Both the position numbers and the translations under genes were made by a program. DNA of 64,000 nt from Balanoglossus misakiensis. Lineage: Eukaryota; Animalia; Hemichordata. Of the stretch, positions 49,451 to 61,400 are shown piece by piece (positions within the stretch are counted from its first letter, which is position 1; every line of letters starts with the position of its first letter). The stretch is from positions 3,741,824-3,805,823 of the forward strand of contig CM082597.2 in NCBI GenBank assembly GCA_040954595.2, given 5' to 3'. The notes under the pieces were generated by a model. That model saw only the letters and a program-made list of their open reading frames with translations, was not told the DNA's origin and did not search any database.

Positions 49451-52400
49451 AATGTTCAAAACGGCCGAAAATCTCGAAATTCGGCAACTCGAAAATTCGT
49501 GTTTTTTCGACAAAAACCATGATGGTTAACCCATGAAAAATTTTCAAAACGGCCGAAAATCTCGAAATTCGGCAACTCGAAAATTCGCGGTTTTTCGACA
49601 AAAACCATGATGGTTACCCCATGAAAAATGTTCAAAACGGCCGAAAATCTCGAAATTCGGCAACTCGAAAATTCGCGGTTTTTCGACAAAAACCATGATG
49701 GTTAACCCATGAAAAATGTTCAAAACGGCCGAAAATCTCGAAATTCGGCAACTCGAAAATTCGCGGTTTTTCGACAAAAACCATGATGGTTAACCCATGA
49801 AAAATGTTCAAAACGGCCGAAAATCTCGAAATCCGGCAACTCGAAAATTCGTGGTTTTTCGACAAAAACCATGATGGTTAACCCATGAAAAATGTTGAAA
49901 AAGGCCGAAAATCTCGAAATCCGGCAACTCGAAAATTCGCGGTTTTTCGACAAAAACCATGATGGTTAACCCATGAAAAATGTTGAAAAAGGCCGAAAAT
50001 CTCGAAATCCGGCAACTCGAAAATTCGTGGTTTTTCGACAAAAACCATGATGGTTAACCCATGAAAAATGTTCAAAACGGCCGAAAATCTCGAAATTCGG
50101 CAACTCGAAAATTCGCGGTTTTTCGACAAAAACCATGATGGTTAACCCATGAAAAATGTTCAAAACGGCCGAAAATCTCGAAATCCGGCAACTCGAAAAT
50201 TCGTGGTTTTTCGACAAAAACCATGATGGTTAACCCATGAAAAATGTTCAAAAAGGCCGAAAATCTCGAAATCCGGCAACTCGAAAATTCGTGGTTTTTC
50301 GACAAAAACCATGATGGTTAACCCATGAAAAATGTTCAAAAAGGCCGAAAATCTCGAAATCCGGCAACTCGAAAATTCGTGGTTTTTCGACAAAAACCAT
50401 GATGGTTAACCCATGAAAAATGTTGAAAAAGGCCGAAAATCTCGAAATCCGGCAACTCGAAAATTCGTGGTTTTTCGACAAAAACCATGATGGTTAACCC
50501 ATGAAAAATGTTGAAAAAGGCCGAAAATCTCGAAATCCGGCAACTCGAAAATTCGTGGTTTTTCGACAAAAACCATGATGGTTAACCCATGAAAAATGTT
50601 GAAAAAGGCCGAAAATCTCGAAATCCGGCAACTCGAAAATTCGTGATTTTTCGACAAAAACCATGATGGTTAACCCATGAAAAATGTCGAAAAAGGCCGA
50701 AAATCTCGAAATCTGGCAACTCGAAAATTCGTGGTTTTTCGACAAAAACCATGATGGTTAACCCATGAAAAATGTTCAAAACGGCCGAAAATCTCGAAAT
50801 CCGGCAACTCGAAAATTCGTGGTTTTTCGACAAAAACCATGATGGTTAACCCATGAAAAATGTTCAAAACGGCCGAAAATCTCGAAATTCGGCAACTCGA
50901 AAATTCGCGGTTTTTCGACAAAAACCATGATGGTTAACCCATGAAAAATGTTCAAAACGGCCGAAAATCTCGAAATCCGGCAACTCGAAAATTCGTGGTT
51001 TTTCGACAAAAACCATGATGGTTAACCCATGAAAAATGTTGAAAAAGGCCGAAAATCTGGAAATCCGGCAACTCGAAAATTCGTGGTTTTTCGACAAAAA
51101 CCATGATGGTTAACCCATGAAAAATGTTCAAAACGGCCGAAAATCTCGAAATTCGGCAACTCGAAAATTCGCGTTTTTTCGACAAAAACCATGATGGTTA
51201 ACCCATGAAAAATGTTCAAAACGGCCGAAAATCTCGAAATCCGGCAACTCGAAAATTCGTGGTTTTTCGACAAAAACCATGATGGTTAATCCATGAAAAA
51301 TGTTCAAAAAGGCCGAAAATCTCGAAATCCGGCAACTCGAAAATTCGTGGTTTTTCGACAAAACCATGATGGTTAACCCATGAAAAATGTCGAAAAAGGC
51401 CGAAAATCTCGAAATCCGGCAACTCGAAAATTCGTGATTTTTCGACAAAAACCATGATGGTTAACCCATGAAAAATGTTAAAAAAGGCCGAAAATCTCGA
51501 AATCCGGCAACTCGAAAATTCGCGGTTTTTCGACAAAAACCATGATGGTTAACCCAGGAAAAATGTTCAAAACGGCCGAAAATCTCGAAATCCGGCAACT
51601 CGAAAATTCGTGGTTTTTCGACAAAAACCATGATGGTTAACCCATGAAAAATGTTGAAAAAGGCCGAAAATCTTGAAATCCGGCAACTCGAAAATTCGTG
51701 GTTTTTCGAAAAAAACCATGATGGTTAACACATGAAAAATGTTCAAAACGGCCGAAAATCTCGAAATTCGGCAACTCGAAAATTCGCGGTTTTTCGACAA
51801 AAACCATGATGGTTAACCCATGAAAAATGTTCAAAACGGCCGAAAATCTCGAAATCCGGCAACTCGAAAATTCGTGGTTTTTCGACAAAAACCATGATGG
51901 TTAACCCATGAAAAATGTTCAAAAAGGCCGAAAATCTCGAAATCCGGCAACTCGAAAATTCGTGGTTTTTCGACAAAAACCATGATGGTTAACCCATGAA
52001 AAATGTTGAAAAAGGCCGAAAATCTCGAAATCCGGCAACTCGAAAATTCGTGGTTTTTCGACAAAAACCATGATGGTTAACCCATGAAAAATGTTCAAAA
52101 CGGCCGAAAATCTCGAAATTCGGCAACTCGAAAATTCGCGGTTTTTCGACAAAAACCATGATGGTTAACCCATGAAAAATGTTCAAAACGGCCGAAAATC
52201 TCGAAATCCGGCAACTCGAAAATTCGTGGTTTTTCGACAAAAACCATGATGGTTAACCCATGAAAAATGTTGAAAAAGGCCGAAAATCTCGAAATCCGGC
52301 AACTCGAAAATTCGTGGTTTTTCGACAAAAACCATGATGGTTAACCCATGAAAAATGTTGAAAAAGGCCGAAAATCTCGAAATCCGGCAACACGAAAATT

Positions 52401-55400
52401 CGTGGTTTTTCGACAAAAACCATGATGGTTAACCCATGAAAAATGTTCAAAACGGCCGAAAATCTCGAAATCCGGCAACTCGAAAATTCGTGGTTTTTCG
52501 ACAAAAACCATGATGGTTAACCCATGAAAAATGTTGAAAAAGGCCGAAAATCTCGAAATCCGGCAACTCGAAAATTCGTGGTTTTTCGACAAAAACCATG
52601 ATGGTTAACCCATGAAAAATGTTGAAAAAGGCCGAAAATCTCGAAATCCGGCAACTCGAAAATTCGTGGTTTTTCGACAAAAACCATGATGGTTAACCCA
52701 TGAAAAATGTCGAAAAAGGCCGAAAATCTCGAAATCCGGCAACTCGAAAATTCGTGGTTTTTCGACAAAAACCATGATGGTTAACCCATGAAAAATGTTG
52801 AAAAAGGCCGAAAATCTCGAAATCCGGCAACTCGAAAATTCGTGGTTTTTCGACAAAAACCATGATGGTTAACCCATGAAAAATGTTGAAAAAGGCCGAA
52901 AATCTCGAAATCCGGCAACTCGAAAATTCGTGATTTTTCGACAAAAACCATGATGGTTAACCCATGAAAAATGTTGAAAAAGGCCGAAAATCTCGAAATC
53001 CGGCAACTCGAAAATTCGCGGTTTTTCGACAAAAACCATGATGGTTAACCCAGGAAAAATGTTCAAAACGGCCGAAAATCTCGAAATCCGGCAACTCGAA
53101 AATTCGTGGTTTTTCGACAAAAACCATGATGGTTAACCCATGAAAAATGTTGAAAAAGGCCGAAAATCTGGAAATCCGGCAACTCGAAAATTCGTGGTTT
53201 TTCGACAAAAACCATGATGGTTAACCCATGAAAAATGTTCAAAACGGCCGAAAATCTCGAAATCCGGCAACTCGAAAATTCGTGGTTTTTCGACAAAAAC
53301 CATGATGGTTAACCCATGAAAAATGTTGAAAAAGGCCGAAAATCTCGAAATCCGGCAACTCGAAAATTCGTGGTTTTTCGACAAAAACCATGATGGTTAA
53401 CCCATGAAAAATGTCGAAAAAGGCCGAAAATCTCGAAATCCGGCAACTCGAAAATTCGTGGTTTTTCGACAAAAACCATGATGGTTAACCCATGAAAAAT
53501 GTTGAAAAAGGCCGAAAATCTCGAAATCCGGCAACTCGAAAATTCGTGGTTTTTCGACAAAAACCATGATGGTTAACCCATGAAAAATGTTGAAAAAGGC
53601 CGAAAATCTCGAAATCCGGCAACTCGAAAATTCGTGATTTTTCGACAAAAACCATGATGGTTAACCCATGAAAAATGTTGAAAAAGGCCGAAAATCTCGA
53701 AATCCGGCAACTCGAAAATTCGCGGTTTTTCGACAAAAACCATGATGGTTAACCCAGGAAAAATGTTCAAAACGGCCGAAAATCTCGAAATCCGGCAACT
53801 CGAAAATTCGTGGTTTTTCGACAAAAACCATGATGGTTAACCCATGAAAAATGTTGAAAAAGGCCGAAAATCTGGAAATCCGGCAACTCGAAAATTCGTG
53901 GTTTTTCGACAAAAACCATGATGGTTAACCCATGAAAAATGTTCAAAACGGCCGAAAATCTCGAAATTCGGCAACTCGAAAATTCGCGGTTTTTCGACAA
54001 AAACCATGATGGTTAACCCATGAAAAATGTTCAAAACGGCCGAAAATCTCGAAATCCGGCAACTCGAAAATTCGTGGTTTTTCGACAAAAACCATGATGG
54101 TTAACCCATGAAAAATGTTGAAAAAGGCCGAAAATCTCGAAATCCGGCAACTCGAAAATTCGTGGTTTTTCGACAAAAACCATGATGGTTAACCCATGAA
54201 AAATGTTGAAAAAGGCCGAAAATCTCGAAATCCGGCAACTCGAAAATTTGTGATTTTTCGACAAAAACCATGATGGTTAACCCATGAAAAATGTCGAAAA
54301 AGGCCGAAAATCTCGAAATCCGGCAACTCGAAAATTCGCGGTTTTTCGACAAAAACCATGATGGTTAACCCATGAAAAATGTTCAAAAAGGCCGAAAATC
54401 TCGAAATCCGGCAACTCGAAAATTCGTGGTTTTTCGACAAAAACCATGATGGTTAACCCATGAAAAATGTTGAAAAAGGCCGAAAATCTCGAAATCCGGC
54501 AACTCGAAAATTCGTGGTTTTTCGACAAAAACCATGATGGTTAACCCATGAAAAATGTTGAAAAAGGCCGAAAATCTCGAAATCCGGCAACTCGAAAATT
54601 CGTGGTTTTTCGACAAAAACCATGATGGTTAACCCATGAAAAATGTTGAAAAAGGCCGAAAATCTCGAAATCCGGCAACTCGAAAATTCGTGGTTTTTCG
54701 ACAAAAACCATGATGGTTAACCCATGAAAAATGTCGAAAAAGGCCGAAAATCTCGAAATCCGGCAACTCGAAAATTCGTGGTTTTTCGACAAAAACCATG
54801 ATGGTTAACCCATGAAAAATGTTGAAAAAGGCCGAAAATCTCGAAATCCGGCAACTCGAAAATTCGTGGTTTTTCGACAAAAACCATGATGGTTAACCCA
54901 TGAAAAATGTTGAAAAAGGCCGAAAATCTCGAAATCCGGCAACTCGAAAATTCGTGATTTTTCGACAAAAACCATGATGGTTAACCCATGAAAAATGTTG
55001 AAAAAGGCCGAAAATCTCGAAATCCGGCAACTCGAAAATTCGCGGTTTTTCGACAAAAACCATGATGGTTAACCCAGGAAAAATGTTCAAAACGGCCGAA
55101 AATCTCGAAATCCGGCAACTCGAAAATTCGTGGTTTTTCGACAAAAACCATGATGGTTAACCCATGAAAAATGTTGAAAAAGGCCGAAAATCTCGAAATC
55201 CGGCAACTCGAAAATTCGTGATTTTTCGACAAAAACCATGATGGTTAACCCATGAAAAATGTTGAAAAAGGCCGAAAATCTCGAAATCCGGCAACTCGAA
55301 AATTCGCGGTTTTTCGACAAAAACCATGATGGTTAACCCAGGAAAAATGTTCAAAACGGCCGAAAATCTCGAAATCCGGCAACTCGAAAATTCGTGGTTT

Positions 55401-58400
55401 TTCGACAAAAACCATGATGGTTAACCCATGAAAAATGTTAAAAAAGGCCGAAAATCTGGAAATCCGGCAACTCGAAAATTCGTGGTTTTTCGACAAAAAC
55501 CATGATGGTTAACCCATGAAAAATGTTCAAAACGGCCGAAAATCTCGAAATTCGGCAACTCGAAAATTCGCGGTTTTTCGACAAAAACCATGATGGTTAA
55601 CCCATGAAAAATGTTCAAAACGGCCGAAAATCTCGAAATCCGGCAACTCGAAAATTCGTGGTTTTTCGACAAAAACCATGATGGTTAACCCATGAAAAAT
55701 GTTGAAAAAGGCCGAAAATCTCGAAATCCGGCAACTCGAAAATTCGTGGTTTTTCGACAAAAACCATGATGGTTAACCCATGAAAAATGTTGAAAAAGGC
55801 CGAAAATCTCGAAATCCGGCAACTCGAAAATTTGTGATTTTTCGACAAAAACCATGATGGTTAACCCATGAAAAATGTCGAAAAAGGCCGAAAATCTCGA
55901 AATCCGGCAACTCGAAAATTCGCGGTTTTTCGACAAAAACCATGATGGTTAACCCATGAAAAATGTTCAAAACCGCCGAAAATCTCGAAATCCGGCAACT
56001 CGAAAATTCGTGGTTTTTCGACAAAAACCATGATGGTTAACCCATGAAAAATGTTGAAAAAGGCCGAAAATCTCGAAATCCGGCAACTCGAAAATTCGTG
56101 GTTTTTCGACAAAAACCATGATGGTTAACCCATGAAAAATGTTGAAAAAGGCCGAAAATCTCGAAATCCGGCAACTCGAAAATTCGTGGTTTTTCGACAA
56201 AAACCATGATGGTTAACCCATGAAAAATGTTGAAAAAGGCCGAAAATCTCGAAATCCGGCAACACGAAAATTCGTGGTTTTTCGACAAAAACCATGATGG
56301 TTAACCCATGAAAAATGTTCAAAACGGCCGAAAATCTCGAAATCCGGCAACTCGAAAATTCGTGGTTTTTCGACAAAAACCATGATGGTTAACCCATGAA
56401 AAATGTTGAAAAAGGCCGAAAATCTCGAAATCCGGCAACTCGAAAATTCGTGGTTTTTCGACAAAAACCATGATGGTTAACCCATGAAAAATGTTGAAAA
56501 AGGCCGAAAATCTCGAAATCCGGCAACTCGAAAATTCGTGGTTTTTCGACAAAAACCATGATGGTTAACCCATGAAAAATGTTGAAAAAGGCCGAAAATC
56601 TCGAAATCCGGCAACTCGAAAATTCGTGGTTTTTCGACAAAAACCATGATGGTTAACCCATGAAAAATGTTGAAAAAGGCCGAAAATCTCGAAATCCGGC
56701 AACTCGAAAATTCGTGGTTTTTCGACAAAAACCATGATGGTTAACCCATGAAAAATGTTGAAAAAGGCCGAAAATCTCGAAATCCGGCAACTCGAAAATT
56801 CGTGGTTTTTCGACAAAAACCATGATGGTTAACCCATGAAAAATGTTGAAAAAGGCCGAAAATCTCGAAATCCGGCAACTCGAAAATTCGTGGTTTTTCG
56901 ACAAAAACCATGATGGTTAACCCATGAAAAATGTTGAAAAAGGCCGAAAATCTCGAAATCCGGCAACTCGAAAATTCGTGGTTTTTCGACAAAAACCATG
57001 ATGGTTAACCCATGAAAAATGTTGAAAAAGGCCGAAAATCTCGAAATCCGGCAACTCGAAAATTCGTGGTTTTTCGACAAAAACCATGATGGTTAACCCA
57101 TGAAAAATGTCGAAAAAGGCCGAAAATCTCGAAATCCGGCAACTCGAAAATTCGTGATTTTTCGACAAAAACCATGATGGTTAACCCATGAAAAATGTTG
57201 AAAAAGGCCGAAAATCTCGAAATCCGGCAACTCGAAAATTCGCGGTTTTTCGACAAAAACCATGATGGTTAACCCAGGAAAAATGTTCAAAACGGCCGAA
57301 AATCTCGAAATCCGGCAACTCGAAAATTCGTGGTTTTTCGACAAAAACCATGATGGTTAACCCATGAAAAATGTTGAAAAAGGCCGAAAATCTCGAAATC
57401 CGGCAACTCGAAAATTCGTGGTTTTTCGACAAAAACCATGATGGTTAACCCATGAAAAATGTTGAAAAAGGCCGAAAATCTCGAAATCCGGCAACTCGAA
57501 AATTCGTGGTTTTTCGACAAAAACCATGATGGTTAACCCATGAAAAATGTTGAAAAAGGCCGAAAATCTCGAAATCCGGCAACTCGAAAATTCGTGGTTT
57601 TTCGACAAAAACCATGATGGTTAACCCATGAAAAATGTCGAAAAAGGCCGAAAATCTCGAAATCCGGCAACTCGAAAATTCGTGGTTTTTCGACAAAAAC
57701 CATGATGGTTAACCCATGAAAAATGTTGAAAAAGGCCGAAAATCTCGAAATCCGGCAACTCGAAAATTCGTGGTTTTTCGACAAAAACCATGATGGTTAA
57801 CCCATGAAAAATGTCGAAAAAGGCCGAAAATCTCGAAATCCGGCAACTCGAAAATTCGTGGTTTTTCGACAAAAACCATGATGGTTAACCCATGAAAAAT
57901 GTCGAAAAAGGCCGAAAATCTCGAAATCCGGCAACTCGAAAATTCGTGGTTTTTCGACAAAAACCATGATGGTTAACCCATGAAAAATGTCGAAAAAGGC
58001 CGAAAATCTCGAAATCCGGTAACTCGAAAATTCGTGGTTTTTCGACAAAAACCATGATGGTTAACCCATGAAAAATGTCGAAAAAGGCCGAAAATCTCGA
58101 AATCCGGTAACTCGAAAATTTGTGGTTTTTCGACAAAAACCATGATGGTTAACCCATGAAAAATGTTGAAAAAGGCCGAAAATCTCGAAATCCGGTAACT
58201 CGAAAATTCGTGGTTTTTCGACAAAAACCATGATGGTTAACCCATGAAAAATGTCGAAAAAGGCCGAAAATCTCGAAATCCGGCAACTCGAAAATTCGTG
58301 GTTTTTCGACAAAAACCATGATGGTTAACCCATGAAAAATGTCGAAAAAGGCCGAAAATCTCGAAATCCGGTAACTCGAGAATTTGTGGTTTTTCGACAA

Positions 58401-61400
58401 AAACCATGATGGTTAACCCATGAAAAATGTTGAAAAAGGCCGAAAATCTCGAAATCCGGTAACTCGAAAATTCGTGGTTTTTCGACAAAAACCATGATGG
58501 TTAACCCATGAAAAATGTCGAAAAAGGCCGAAAATCTCGAAATCCGGCAACTCGAAAATTCGTGGTTTTTCGACAAAAACCATGATGGTTAACCCATGAA
58601 AAATGTCGAAAAAGGCCGAAAATCTCGAAATCCGGCAACTCGAAAATTCGTGGTTTTTCGACAAAAACCATGATGGTTAACCCATGAAAAATATCGAAAA
58701 AGGCCGAAAATCTCGAAATCCGGCAACTCGAAAATTCGTGGTTTTTCGACAAAAACCATGATGGTTAACCGATGAAAAATGTTGAAAAAGGCCGAAAATC
58801 GCGAAATCCGGCAACTCGAAAATTCGTGGTTTTTCGACAAAAACCATGATGGTTAACCCATGAAAAATGTCGAAAAAGGCCGAAAATCTCGAAATCCGGC
58901 AACTCGAAAATTCGTGGTTTTTCGACAAAAACATGATGGTTAACCCATGAAAAATGTCGAAAAAGGCCGAAAATCTCGAAATCCGGCAACTCGAAAATTC
59001 GTGGTTTTTCGACAAAAACCATGATGGTTAACCCATGAAAAATGTCGAAAAAGGCCGAAAATCTCGAAATCCGGCAACTCGAAAATTCGTGATTTTTCGA
59101 CAAAAACCATGATGGTTAACCCATGAAAAATGTCGAAAAAAGGCCGAAAATCTCGAAATCCGGCAACTCGAAAATTCGTGGTTTTTCGACAAAAACCATG
59201 ATGGTTAACCCATGAAAAATGTCGAAAAAGGCCGAAAATCTCGAAATCCGGCAACTCGAAAATTCGTGGTTTTTCGACAAAAACCATGATGGTTAACCCA
59301 TGAAAAATGTCGAAAAAGGCCGAAAATCTCGAAATCCGGCAACTCGAAAATTCGTGGTTTTTCGACAAAAACCATGATGGTTAACCCATGAAAAATGTCG
59401 AAAAAGGCCGAAACCGAAAATCTCGAAATCCGGCAACTCGAAAATTCGTGGTTTTTCGACAAAAACCATGATGGTTAACCCATGAAAAATGTCGAAAAAG
59501 GCCGAAAATCTCGAAATCCGGCAACTCGAAAATTCGTGGTTTTTCGACAAAAACCATGATGGTTAACCCATGAAAATGTCGAAAAAGGCCGAAAATCTCG
59601 AAATCCGGCAACTCGAAAATTCGTGGTTTTTCGACAAAAACCATGATGGTTAACCCATGAAAAATGTCGAAAAAGGCCGAAAATCTCGAAATCCGGCAAC
59701 TCGAAAATTCGTGGTTTTTCGACAAAAACCATGATGGTTAACCCATGAAAAATGTCGAAAAAGGCCGAAAATCTCGAAATCCGGCAACTCGAAAATTCGT
59801 GGTTTTTCGACAAAAACCATGGTGGTTAACCCATGAAAAATGTCGAAAAAGGCCGAAAATCTCGAAATCCGGCAACTCGAAAATTCGTGGTTTTTCGACA
59901 AAAACCATGGTGGTTAACCCATGAAAAATGTCGAAAAAGGCCGAAAATCTCGAAATCCGGCAACTCGAAAATTCGTGATTTTTCGACAAAAACCATGATG
60001 GTTAACACATGAAAAATGTCGAAAAAGGCCGAAAATCTCGAAATCCGGCAACTCGAAAATTCGTGGTTTTTCGACAAAAACCATGATGGTTAACCCATGA
60101 AAAATGTCGAAAAAGGCCGAAAATCTCGAAATCCGGCAACTCGAAAATTCGTGGTTTTTCGACAAAAACCATGATGGTTAACCCATGAAAAATGTCGAAA
60201 AAGGCCGAAAATCTCGAAATCCGGCAACTCGAAAATTCGTGGTTTTTCGACAAAAACCATGATGGTTAACCCATGAAAAATGTCGAAAAAGGCCGAAAAT
60301 CTCGAAATCCGGCAACTCGAAAATTCGTGGTTTTTCGACAAAAACCATGATGGTTAACCCATGAAAAATGTCGAAAAAGGCCGAAAATCTCGAAATCCGG
60401 CAACTCGAAAATTCGTGGTTTTTCGACAAAAACCATGATGGTTAACCCATGAAAAATGTCGAAAAAGGCCGAAAATCTCGAAATCCGGCAACTCGAAAAT
60501 TCGTGGTTTTTCGACAAAAACCATGATGGTTAACCCATGAAAAATGTCGAAAAAGGCCGAAAATCTCGAAATCCGGCAACTCGAAAATTCGTGGTTTTTC
60601 GACAAAAACCATGATGGTTAACCCATGAAAAATGTCGAAAAAGGCCGAAAATCTCGAAATCCGGCAACTCGAAAATTCGTGGTTTTTCGACAAAAACCAT
60701 GATGGTTAACCCATGAAAAATGTCGAAAAAGGCCGAAAATCTCGAAATCCGGCAACTCGAAAATTCGTGGTTTTTCGACAAAAACCATGATGGTTAACCC
60801 ATGAAAAATGTCGAAAAAGGCCGAAAATCTCGAAATCCGGCAACTCGAAAATTCGTGGTTTTTCGACAAAAACCATGATGGTTAACCCATGAAAAATGTC
60901 GAAAAAGGCCGAAAATCTCGAAATCCGGCAACTCGAAAATTCGTGGTTTTTCGACAAAAACCATGATGGTTAACCCATGAAAAATGTCGAAAAAGGCCGA
61001 AAATCTCGAAATCCGGCAACTCGAAAATTCGTGGTTTTTCGACAAAAACCATGATGGTTAACCCATGAAAAATGTCGAAAAAGGCCGAAAATCTCGAAAT
61101 CCGGCAACTCGAAAATTCGTGGTTTTTCGACAAAAACCATGATGGTTAACCCATGAAAAATGTCGAAAAAGGCCGAAAATCTCGAAATCCGGCAACTCGA
61201 AAATTCGTGGTTTTTCGACAAAAACCATGATGGTTAACCCATGAAAAATGTCGAAAAAGGCCGAAAATCTCGAAATCCGGCAACTCGAAAATTCGTGGTT
61301 TTTCGACAAAAACCATGATGGTTAACCCATGAAAAATGTCGAAAAAGGCCGAAAATCTCGAAATCCGGCAACTCGAAAATTCGTGGTTTTTCGACAAAAC

